Source of the DNA: Ignavibacteriota bacterium
GTDB taxonomy: Bacteria; Bacteroidota; Ignavibacteria; UBA10030
Direction: 5' to 3'
Assembly (NCBI GenBank): GCA_963701295.1
Contig: OY969585.1
Span: 1,152,001-1,216,000 of the forward strand
DNA length: 64,000 nt
Of the stretch, positions 9,314-17,591 are shown in pieces. A program made the position numbers and the translations under genes. Numbering within the stretch: the first letter of the stretch is position 1; the number at the start of each line of letters is the position of its first letter. The notes beneath the pieces are model-generated. The model worked only from the letters and a program-made list of their open reading frames with translations, was not told the origin of the DNA and made no database searches.

Positions 9314-9871
9314 ATGGATAAACATGAATTCTTAAAACAGCAATATATTTCATTACGAGAGGAAATTAAGGAAACTAAGGCACGTATTTTTAAAACCTTA
9401 GGTTTCGGTATTATTGCTGTTCCTGCTGCTAATTTTCTAGGAGAATCCTATCACATTGATGTTGTTATTCTATCGTTACCATTACTTGTCATTGTTCTTG
9501 CATTTCTATATTTATCAGAGAATAATGCTAAGATGAGATGTGGTAGATTTATAAGAATCCATATTGAAAGTTTATTCAAAGATATCCCTGGTTGGGAAAC
9601 CTGGCTTGAAAATCCTGAGGAGGAATATCAAACAAGAATTGTTGATATATATCTTGATGCTTGTTTTTATATCCTATTCTTCATTTACTATGTTGGTTCT
9701 GTTTTTCTTGAAACAAGATTTTCAATTCAAAATTTTCATCTTTTGATTACTGCTATGATACTTGGCTTTTACGTAGCAATTGGTATTTGGTTCTTAATAC
9801 ACTTAATTACACATATTCAAGTCTCTACGACAATTAAAATGGATAAGGACAAATTACAACATAAGCCCTAA
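9314..9871 (+). CDS. Cassette 6: 4-TM hypothetical membrane protein
   Basis: AAGGAG RBS; QYISLREEI helix, TM pair, RCGRFIR..IE, GWE, second TM pair; stop in R''. Confidence 0.8.
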   Translation: MDKHEFLKQQYISLREEIKETKARIFKTLGFGIIAVPAANFLGESYHIDVVILSLPLLVIVLAFLYLSENNAKMRCGRFIRIHIESLFKDIPGWETWLENPEEEYQTRIVDIYLDACFYILFFIYYVGSVFLETRFSIQNFHLLITAMILGFYVAIGIWFLIHLITHIQVSTTIKMDKDKLQHKP

Positions 9872-10082
9872 CCAAGTGCTCAAGCTCGGCTTGTCCAGAA
9901 GAATGCATCACAGCCGGAGGCCTGAGAATGTCATTGCACGAAGTGCAATACAAATTTATTGGATGCAAAATTCATGGCGAGCAAAGGTTGAGTACAAATT
10001 TGAAAGTTTTCAGCATAAACTCGTTTCGTTTTCAGCAACTTGAAATTTATCAGCGCCGCAGCTTAGCGCCGATCCGTTATAC
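9866..10082 (+). repeat. attC site 6 (same about 73-nt insert as attC4)
   Basis: CCCTAAC-CAAGTGCTCAAGCT ... GCAGCTTAGCGCCGATCC-GTTATAC. Confidence 0.85.
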
Positions 10083-10152
10083 CGCTTGCGTTTTAAGGTA
10101 AGTTGGCCGAATTTAGCAACACTATTAATAAAATGAAATAAGGAGATAAACC

Positions 10153-10527
10153 ATGAATATTTTCTTATGGGTTCTTCAAATTCTTCTTGCCTTGCATACC
10201 ATCATGGGTGCAGTTTGGAAGTTTTCCAATTCGGAACAAACCGTACCTTCCTTGAGTACAATTCCTCATGGATTTTGGCTGACGTTGAGCGTCATTGAGC
10301 TGCTTTGTAGTTTGGGTTTGATCCTCCCTGCACTAAATAAGCGACTAGGCGTCCTGGTGCCGGTCGCGGCGGTTTGTATTGCAGCTGAAATGCTGCTCTT
10401 TTCCGGATTGCATATTTACTCCGGTGACACGAATTACAACCAAATGATATATTGGCTCGTCGTGGCTGCCATATGTTCGTTTATTGCTTACGGTAGATTT
10501 GTGTTGAAACCTCTTAGACGTCCTTAA
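10153..10527 (+). CDS. Cassette 7: DoxX-family membrane protein
   Basis: MNIFLWVLQILLA...IELLCSLGLILP...AYGRF pattern; AGGAGA RBS. Confidence 0.85.
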   Translation: MNIFLWVLQILLALHTIMGAVWKFSNSEQTVPSLSTIPHGFWLTLSVIELLCSLGLILPALNKRLGVLVPVAAVCIAAEMLLFSGLHIYSGDTNYNQMIYWLVVAAICSFIAYGRFVLKPLRRP

Positions 10528-10573
10528 ATAAGAAGTCAATCAATATGAGTTATGCAAAAAAATGTCGCAAGCG

Positions 10574-10761
10574 GTATAACCAGGCGCTCAAGCTGACCGG
10601 ATGAGCGCCCGCCCAAAGATAAACATGGCGGGTAAATGGGCACGTTAAGCATGGCGCGTAGAGGTTCAGATGTTTAATAATAAACTTTTCAGCATGAACT
10701 TGTTTCGTATAGTACATATTGAAAGGTATCAGTGGCGCAGCTTATGCGCCATCTGTTAGGG
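10574..10761 (+). repeat. attC site 7 (internal CCCGCC/GGCGGG hairpin insert)
   Basis: GTATAAC-CAGGCGCTCAAGCTGAC ... GCAGCTTATGCGCCATCT-GTTAGGG. Confidence 0.85.
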
Positions 10762-10786
10762 CGCATTCAAAATAAAGGAGAATTAA

Positions 10787-11203
10787 ATAAAAAGTAGAAA
10801 AAAATATATTCCACTCATATTCATTATTCCAGCACTAATACGCTCAATTAATCATCCTCCTCAATTGACATCGGGTTCTATAGGATTATTTGTAGTTATT
10901 CTTCTTTTAGTTGGTTTGTTCGTTTATTTAGAAAAAAGTATGGAGAAAAGAATTCGTAGGTTCGATAGAATCAAAGATCATCGATTCCTCTATATATTAA
11001 GTTTTAGTTTACTTTGCGGCTTACCTCTATCATTGGTATTAACTTGGTCATGGGAGTCTCAAATAAAATTATTGTACGCCATTCTTTTTATTGTATTGCC
11101 GACAGTCGTAATTTTTGGATGGACTGGATTGATGGATTGGAAAGAATGTCAGAAAAAATATCTCGAATTGAAATATTCACAACACGCAAATAATGCGACC
11201 TAA
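10787..11203 (+). CDS. Cassette 8: hypothetical membrane protein (apparent ATA start codon)
   Basis: AAGGAG 6 nt upstream of an in-frame ATA at 10787; frame open to the TAA in R''; first canonical alternative start is TTG 10865. Confidence 0.65.
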   Translation: MKSRKKYIPLIFIIPALIRSINHPPQLTSGSIGLFVVILLLVGLFVYLEKSMEKRIRRFDRIKDHRFLYILSFSLLCGLPLSLVLTWSWESQIKLLYAILFIVLPTVVIFGWTGLMDWKECQKKYLELKYSQHANNAT

Positions 11204-11258
11204 CCAGGCGCTCCCCGAAAAAAGAATTCGGGGCAGGCAAGCTGTCCGAATGAGCATT
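11198..11258 (+). repeat. attC site 8, left half only (25-nt hairpin insert; truncated)
   Basis: ACCTAAC-CAGGCGCT[insert]CAAGCTGTCCGAATGAGC, then similarity is lost; no L'/R' found. Confidence 0.75.
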
Positions 11259-11414
11259 GACTCGCCTCTTTTTTCTTATTTATTATAAGAGTGAATTGAT
11301 GGAATGCGGGAGATGTAATAGTCTATCTCACCGATTGTCGTTCGTTGATCATGATTATTCTTCAGGAGAAGATCAAATGAAAGTGAAAAAAGAAAATGGT
11401 TCTCAGGTGAAACT

Positions 11415-12305
11415 ATGAACAAAGGAGTTTGGTACGCTATCGGAGCTTATGGAAGCTGGGGATTATTACCAATATATTGGAAATTGCTCCATCATGTTCC
11501 TGCATTGCAATTAATCAGCCATCGCATTATATGGTCTTTTCTTGCTCTCATCGTAATTATTCTTTGTATCCGTCAGTGGGCGGGTTTCCGTTCAAAAGTG
11601 TTTTCTTGGAATGTTCTTCGCGTGTACTGTTTAGCAGCGGTGCTGATCGGTGTCAACTGGCTGACGTATGTGTGGGCGGTCAATGCAGGTCATATTGTTG
11701 AATCCAGTCTCGGATATTTCATCAATCCTTTGCTCAGTGTATCTATAGGAGTGTTCTTCCTTCATGAGCATCTGCGCCCGAGGCAATGGATCTCTATCGC
11801 ATTAGCCGCGGCAGGGGTTCTCTTCCTTGCGATAGTTCATGGTTCTATCCCGTGGATCGCTCTCACGCTTGCTTTTTCATTTGCGTTCTACGGCCTCGTA
11901 AAAAAAACAGCGCCGCTCGGTTCGCTGTACGGCTTGACACTGGAAACTGGGATTCTACTACTTCCTGCATTGTTCTTTCTGTTTATTTCTGATATGAACG
12001 GTAGGGGAGCGTTTCTCCACACAGGCACAATGGCTGATATCCTCTTAGCTGGCGCGGGAATCGTCACAACCATCCCGCTGCTGATGTTTGCATCGGCAGC
12101 CCGGCGTATTCCGCTTTCGCTGATAGGTATTCTACAATATATCTCCCCGACGCTGCAGTTTCTTATCGGTGTGTTGATTTATCATGAGTCGTTCACGTTC
12201 ATTCAGTTTATCGGATACGCCATTGTCTGGCTCGCATTGATTCTTTTTGGAGCGGAAAGTTTCTTTGCTTATCGAACACAGATTGCTGTTATGGAACCTG
12301 AATAA
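11415..12305 (+). CDS. rarD: EamA/DMT-family transporter RarD
   Basis: WGLLPIYWK, SLGYFINPLL, GILQYISPTLQF motifs. Confidence 0.92.
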   Translation: MNKGVWYAIGAYGSWGLLPIYWKLLHHVPALQLISHRIIWSFLALIVIILCIRQWAGFRSKVFSWNVLRVYCLAAVLIGVNWLTYVWAVNAGHIVESSLGYFINPLLSVSIGVFFLHEHLRPRQWISIALAAAGVLFLAIVHGSIPWIALTLAFSFAFYGLVKKTAPLGSLYGLTLETGILLLPALFFLFISDMNGRGAFLHTGTMADILLAGAGIVTTIPLLMFASAARRIPLSLIGILQYISPTLQFLIGVLIYHESFTFIQFIGYAIVWLALILFGAESFFAYRTQIAVMEPE

Positions 12306-12442
12306 AAGTATTTATCTTGAAATTTGAACGAGTAAAAAGTAAATTAAGTACCATAACTTCTGAAGTGCTTTAATTTTAGATTGACCGATAATAAGTCAAA
12401 TGGTAGAATCATTCCAATTTTTTCTAAAATGAAAGGAGATAA

Positions 12443-12979
12443 ATGACTGTGAGTGAAAATCTTCAATATCCGATTGGCAAATACAAGAAGCCGGAACACA
12501 TCGACGCGGGACAGAGAGAACGTTTCATTCAGGAAATTGCCGCAGTGCCGAAGGAACTCCGCAAAGCGGTTGAAGGATTGAATGAGTTACAGCTCAACAC
12601 ACCGTATCGCGAAGGCGGCTGGACAGTCCGGCAAGTCGTCCATCATCTTCCCGACAGCCATATAAATGCATACGTACGGCTGAAACTCGCACTGACGGAA
12701 CATGAGCCGGATATTAAGACGTACAAAGAAGCATTATGGGCTGAGCTTCCCGATGTGAAGACGGTTCCGATTGAAATCTCATTGGCTCTTCTTGATGCGC
12801 TCCATGCGCGATTGATTGCCTGCCTGCGGGGCCTTGATAGTGATGCATTTGAAAAGAAATTTCGACATCCTGCAATGGGCCTTATGTCCCTGAACGAACA
12901 ACTGGCGCTCTATGCGTGGCATGGGAAGCATCATGTCGCTCATATCACAAGCCTGCGGCAGCGTATGGGATGGAAATGA
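12443..12979 (+). CDS. bstA: YfiT/BstA-family (DinB superfamily) bacillithiol transferase-like protein
   Basis: LQYPIG, TPYREGGWTVRQVVHHLPDSH, YAWHGKHHVAHI. Confidence 0.85.
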   Translation: MTVSENLQYPIGKYKKPEHIDAGQRERFIQEIAAVPKELRKAVEGLNELQLNTPYREGGWTVRQVVHHLPDSHINAYVRLKLALTEHEPDIKTYKEALWAELPDVKTVPIEISLALLDALHARLIACLRGLDSDAFEKKFRHPAMGLMSLNEQLALYAWHGKHHVAHITSLRQRMGWK

Positions 12980-13006
12980 TTATGGTTTTGAAATTCATTT
13001 TGGGAA

Positions 13007-13447
13007 ATGGCAATGACTGAATTACCGATTACCTATCGCGGTGTTGTCCATCCATGGCAGTGCGATCTGATGGGGCATATGAATGTCGTGTGGTATGTAA
13101 GTAAGTTTGACGACGCAGCGTGGCAGCTTTTTGCGATGATGGGGCTGGATGTCAGCTATTTTAACCGCACGCACTGCGGTGTCGCCGCACTTCAGCAAAA
13201 CATTACATACAAGGCAGAAATCCATCCCGGAAGCACAGTCACCATTCGTTCGGGCATTCTTGAACTCAAAGAGAAAACCGTCCGGTTCGTCCACGAAATG
13301 CGCAATGATGCAACCGGAGAAATCGCCGCTGTGATGGAGTTGACAGCCGTGCATTTCAACATGAAAAAAAGAAAATCATGCCCATTTCCTGCGGCAACGG
13401 CAAAACGCAGTAGGAATCTGATTGTGCAGTACGATGCAGAAACTTAA
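13007..13447 (+). CDS. Acyl-CoA thioesterase (hot-dog fold, 4HBT-like)
   Basis: VHPWQCDLMGHMNV..Y...FD motif. Confidence 0.85.
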   Translation: MAMTELPITYRGVVHPWQCDLMGHMNVVWYVSKFDDAAWQLFAMMGLDVSYFNRTHCGVAALQQNITYKAEIHPGSTVTIRSGILELKEKTVRFVHEMRNDATGEIAAVMELTAVHFNMKKRKSCPFPAATAKRSRNLIVQYDAET

Positions 13448-13633
13448 ACGTTAAAAAAGAAAGCTGGTGCTCACTCTGCCTTTTAAGACTATATAATCTT
13501 CATTTCCATATTTCTCGGCAAGCCGACGTGGAATGCAATTTGAGTTAACAGAATTGTTTAACAAGCCAGATGAGCTCGACATCTTCTAAGTGTGGTGTGA
13601 TAATATATATCGCACAAAAAGAGGGAGTACGTT

Positions 13634-14293
13634 ATGAATTACATGAAGATATTTCTGTATTCACAATTGATCATTTGTTTAGCTCTTCTCAGCTTTTTTG
13701 ATCTCCTTGTCATCGCAAATGGTATTTTTAAAATCGTTTTGAAAACGAATCCCCCAATTGATAAAGACACTAAGATTCTTGGCTCGTCAAATACATCAAA
13801 CAGTAATTCAGAAGTTCATAATTCAACCTTAATATCTATTCTTCTGAAGTATTTGGCAATAGATGCTAACCAATTATCGCAACAAAAAAATAGTATAATT
13901 CAAATTCGCCTTTTCTATGCGGCAATCCTAACGGGGCTTGTGTCATATCTATTTAGCAGTAATAATCCCTTGATCGCATTGTTTATTTTGTTTTTAATTC
14001 TAATAATGTATTTATTAGAAGTACACTTTAATGACTTAATAAATAGGAGTGAGATAGGTTACTTTATCATGCGCAAAGCAGTTGAACGGTTAATTAACTT
14101 GAAGCCGAAAAATAATAAATGGTATATTCTAAATTTTAAATCTCTTCTTAAACAGCAGGAGAATGCTAGTAATCATAGATGGCGGAGAAAATTCTTCTCT
14201 GCTTGTAATCCAAATATCGAGCAAATAATATTCTACTGTATTCCTTGGCTTGGGATAAGTTTATATCTAATTTATTTAATAATAATTAAATGA
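13634..14293 (+). CDS. AT-rich hypothetical membrane protein (probable former cassette)
   Basis: 219-aa ORF with several TM helices; GAGGGAG RBS; followed by an attC remnant. Confidence 0.7.
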   Translation: MNYMKIFLYSQLIICLALLSFFDLLVIANGIFKIVLKTNPPIDKDTKILGSSNTSNSNSEVHNSTLISILLKYLAIDANQLSQQKNSIIQIRLFYAAILTGLVSYLFSSNNPLIALFILFLILIMYLLEVHFNDLINRSEIGYFIMRKAVERLINLKPKNNKWYILNFKSLLKQQENASNHRWRRKFFSACNPNIEQIIFYCIPWLGISLYLIYLIIIK

Positions 14294-14360
14294 CTATCAA
14301 TTGATAGGTCTCTCGGTTGGAGATATACAATCACTAAGTTTGAGTGTATTTAAATAAAAA

Positions 14361-14530
14361 TCGGCAGTCCGAACAAGCGTCGGTGTGTTAACCATGGCTT
14401 ACAAACGTGCACTACATAATTGTGAGCCAGAAGCTTATGAGCCTTTTGCCTCAAAAAATGATGTGAATGAACTTGTTTCTGTTAGTACATTATTTGTAAT
14501 TTGTCAGCGGCGCAAGCAACTCAAGCTGAG
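14361..14530 (+). repeat. Degenerate attC remnant
   Basis: CCGAACAAGCG start; internal CATGGCTT, ATGAACTTGTTTC-TGTTAGTACA and TCAGCGGCGCA match the interiors of attC1-7. Confidence 0.6.
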
Positions 14531-14537
14531 TAATACT

Positions 14538-15296
14538 ATGGATTCTTCGATATCAAGAAAGCTTCGCAGGGCTTTTCGAAACCTCCCTAATCTTTGGAGT
14601 GGCTACAATATCTACGTAAATCGCGACAAGCTTGACCTGATCAAATTGACGTTTAGCAAGCTCAATCCCAAAGCAAGGTCGTTTGCAGATCTCGGAGGTG
14701 TCTGGAAGGTGAATGCGGCTTACTGCCTCTACACCATCAAGAACTTTCAAATCGAAAAGGGAATCTTGGTCGACACGGACTTTCCACCAACGCTTGCCGC
14801 GAAACTGCAACGATACACGAATCTTCAAGTTCTGCAAGGTGATTTTGCAGATCGATCGGTTGTGGACAGGATCGGCCAGGTTGACGTTATCTTCTTCTTC
14901 GATGTTCTTTTGCATCAGGCAAATCCAGATTGGGACCAGATCATTGAGCGCTATGCAAGCAGCTGCTCCTGTTTCATAATTTATAATCAACAGTTTGTTC
15001 GAGGCGAGGAGACCGTCCGCCTTACAAACTTGCCGTTCGAAAAATACATCGAATTAGTTTCGGATCATGGGAAGGATCTGACCCATTACATTTACGAACA
15101 CAGGGAGGAGATTCATCCGAAGTATAGAAAACCGTGGAAGGATATTCACAATATCACGCAATGGGGTATCACTGACCGAGGACTGCGGCAGACCATGGCA
15201 CGATTAGGTTTCAGGGAAGTTTTTTACATGAACTACGGAATGTTTATTAACTTGCCTGCATTCGAGAATCATGCATTTGTTTTTATGCGAGGATGA
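14538..15296 (+). CDS. Class I SAM-dependent methyltransferase-like protein
   Basis: FADLGGVW motif I, LVD, GDF, FDVLLH; ATG 14538 chosen because the upstream extension is attC remnant. Confidence 0.75.
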   Translation: MDSSISRKLRRAFRNLPNLWSGYNIYVNRDKLDLIKLTFSKLNPKARSFADLGGVWKVNAAYCLYTIKNFQIEKGILVDTDFPPTLAAKLQRYTNLQVLQGDFADRSVVDRIGQVDVIFFFDVLLHQANPDWDQIIERYASSCSCFIIYNQQFVRGEETVRLTNLPFEKYIELVSDHGKDLTHYIYEHREEIHPKYRKPWKDIHNITQWGITDRGLRQTMARLGFREVFYMNYGMFINLPAFENHAFVFMRG

Positions 15297-15330
15297 CCGT
15301 TCGACCCTCTCGAGTCATTGCAGGCTTGCG

Positions 15331-15441
15331 GTCTATCCAGGCGCTCACTCGGTTTGTCTATGGAAAATATGAATATGGACTGCTTTGTGAAAGAATCTCA
15401 TCGTTCATTGAAGTTACGAGGCAGGCTCGGCATCGTTAGGT
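15331..15441 (+). repeat. Degenerate attC remnant
   Basis: CTATCCAGGCGCTCA (versus CTAACCAGGCGCTCA) ... GGCATC-GTTAGGT. Confidence 0.55.
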
Positions 15442-15543
15442 GAGCGCCATCGGAGTATCATGAAACATTGCATGGTATCATCTCGTATAAGAAATCGTTC
15501 CTATAAATCAATTCTCTCCATAACCACATAAGGAGCAATACAA

Positions 15544-15972
15544 ATGGAAAAGCATATTTCACTCGTGGCAATTCTGAATATCGTGTACCGCTCGCTGGCA
15601 ATCATCGGAGCGATTGTTCTCTTCTGCATTGCGTATGGATTCAGCTTTCTTATGAGGTTCATTTCGCATTGCAGCCACAATGAGATACAAGAGATCCCGG
15701 CGGAAGTATTTGGCATCGTACAGATTGTTCTTACAGTTATTGGTATTCTCGTTTTAATTTTTGCTGTCGTCGGAATCATCGGCGCTATCGGCGTAATCAG
15801 GAAAAAGGAATGGGGACGTATTACCTTGCTTATTGTATCATTCTTCAGCTTGCTCAGCATTCCGCTTGGCACTATTCTTGGAGTGTATAGCATTTGGGTC
15901 CTTTTGAACGACGAGACGATTCGGCTCTTTAATCCGGTTCCCAACACTTCGGCCAAGAAAACAGCAAAATAA
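15544..15972 (+). CDS. Hypothetical membrane protein
   Basis: AAGGAG RBS; hydrophobic helices; WGR, IPLGTILGVYSIWVL. Confidence 0.8.
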   Translation: MEKHISLVAILNIVYRSLAIIGAIVLFCIAYGFSFLMRFISHCSHNEIQEIPAEVFGIVQIVLTVIGILVLIFAVVGIIGAIGVIRKKEWGRITLLIVSFFSLLSIPLGTILGVYSIWVLLNDETIRLFNPVPNTSAKKTAK

Positions 15973-15991
15973 TTTCCGGATATTTTCTTTT

Positions 15992-16291
15992 ATGAAAATT
16001 CTGGCACTTGAAAAAGAAATCCCCGGTATAACCGATAACCGGTTTACTCCTGAGATTCTTCGCAAGGAATCTGCGCGGGCGTGGGAACTGCAACAGGAAG
16101 GAATAATCCGCGAATTATATTTCCGCTATGATCGTCAGGAAGCGGTACTCATACTCGAATGTAAGAACGCTGAAGAAGCTCGATCGGTGCTTGCATCGCT
16201 GCCGTTAGTCAAAGAAGGCCTGATCACATTTGACATTATCCCTTTGACAGCATACCCGGGGTTTGCCAGGCTTTTTGAAAAGAAGAAATAA
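15992..16291 (+). CDS. Muconolactone isomerase-like dimeric alpha/beta-barrel protein
   Basis: E...AWEL...GIIRELY, AVLILEC, LPLVKEGLITFDIIPL..YP. Confidence 0.75.
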   Translation: MKILALEKEIPGITDNRFTPEILRKESARAWELQQEGIIRELYFRYDRQEAVLILECKNAEEARSVLASLPLVKEGLITFDIIPLTAYPGFARLFEKKK

Positions 16292-16503
16292 CAAGGCTGT
16301 AAAAAATAGGCAAGAGAACGGTGTTCGTCAATGAATGCTGCTTGATGCAATAAAACATTTTTTTATACATAGCCCTGCGTGCATGTGTTCAGCTATCGGC
16401 TTCGGGTCGACACCTGTCGATCAGGATACTCTAGACCTGAAAAAGGATGCAGGTGCATTTCACTTATCGTGAGTGTTCTTCTCAATCATCGCTATTTTTC
16501 TTG

Positions 16504-17130
16504 TCAAGACTCTCCGGATACAAAATCCTTCGCACAATCCGGGCAGAGGCCATGACTGAGTGTTGCATCGGAGTGCTCCAATAAATATTTTTCCAATTGA
16601 TTCCAATATCCCTTATCGTCTCGAATTTTTTTACAGGATGAACAGATTGGAATAAGCCCGCTGAGTTTTTTTACGTTCGCGAGCGCTTCTTGGAGTTCAC
16701 GAATCAGTTTTTCCCGTTCTTTCTCTGCCTGTCTGCGTTCTTGAATAAGACGCCATTCACGCAACGTGCGCTCCACGGTATGAGGCATCGAGTCAAATGC
16801 TTCAGGGGATTTCACAACGTAATCCATCGCTCCCGATTTGAGCGCTTGGACAGCTAATTCTTCGCCGCCATGTGATGTGAGTATGACGACAGGGAAACGA
16901 TCTTTGCACATCGGCACTAAAGCTACACCTTGTCCATCCGGTAAACCATTATCGATCAATGCTAAATGAGGTGGATGGCTTTCGATTTCTGTTTTGGCTT
17001 CACGCAGAGTTCGAGCGACGATCACAGAATATTCTTCTGCCGAATCTGCAAAGGCACGGCAGATCAGCTCGGCGTGACCGGATTCGTCTTCCACAAGTAA
17101 AATCCGTCGATCAGAATTATTCTTGGACAT
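16504..17130 (-). CDS. Response regulator (REC) with C-terminal PICSSCKKIR...SHGLCPDC metal-binding domain
   Basis: LLVED, phospho-Asp IDNGLPD, YVVK; Cys-pair C-terminal domain. Confidence 0.9.
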   Translation of the reverse strand: MSKNNSDRRILLVEDESGHAELICRAFADSAEEYSVIVARTLREAKTEIESHPPHLALIDNGLPDGQGVALVPMCKDRFPVVILTSHGGEELAVQALKSGAMDYVVKSPEAFDSMPHTVERTLREWRLIQERRQAEKEREKLIRELQEALANVKKLSGLIPICSSCKKIRDDKGYWNQLEKYLLEHSDATLSHGLCPDCAKDFVSGES

Positions 17131-17150
17131 TCACCCCATCCTTTCTTTCT

Positions 17151-17591
17151 TCACCAAGGGCGTTTGTTCCATGCCAGCCAGTAATAACCTAAATCGCGCA
17201 AAAGGCGTGAGAAGTTATCAAAATTGACCGGCTTGGTCACATAGCTGTTTGCATGGTATTCATACGCTTGGGCCAAATCTTTTTCAGCGTCGGATGTCGT
17301 AAGGACGACAATCGGAATCGCTTGCAGTGTTAAATCACGCTTTATTTGTTTAAGTACTTCCAAACCATCAATCCGCGGTAAACGCAAGTCCAATAATATG
17401 AGATCCGGACGCGGAAATTTCTTATGATCGGAATATGTGCCTCGTCTATACACATAGTCGAGTGCAGCTTCACCGTCTTCAACATGATTAATATGGTTAG
17501 CAACCTGAAATTCTTCCAGATTGCGTTTGACAAGTTCCGCATGATCGGGGTTATCTTCTACTAGTAATATTGTCATTGGCCTGCCAATCAT
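17151..17591 (-). CDS. Single-domain response regulator (Rcp1-like)
   Basis: ILLVEDNPDH, PDLILLDLRLP, ANSYVTKP, YWL. Confidence 0.92.
   Translation of the reverse strand: MIGRPMTILLVEDNPDHAELVKRNLEEFQVANHINHVEDGEAALDYVYRRGTYSDHKKFPRPDLILLDLRLPRIDGLEVLKQIKRDLTLQAIPIVVLTTSDAEKDLAQAYEYHANSYVTKPVNFDNFSRLLRDLGYYWLAWNKRPW

Larger units (their letters stand above)
2965..11258 (+). mobile_element. Integron-type gene cassette array (8 cassettes; integrase not in window)
   Basis: Eight co-oriented ORFs, each followed by a related RYYTAAC...GTTRRRY imperfect palindrome; the start and end of each cassette are reverse complements. Confidence 0.9.

Noticed and set aside
4308-11258. Regularly recurring repeats as a CRISPR array
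   Set aside because: Repeats are 150-220 bp imperfect palindromes separated by whole genes; no cas genes in the window
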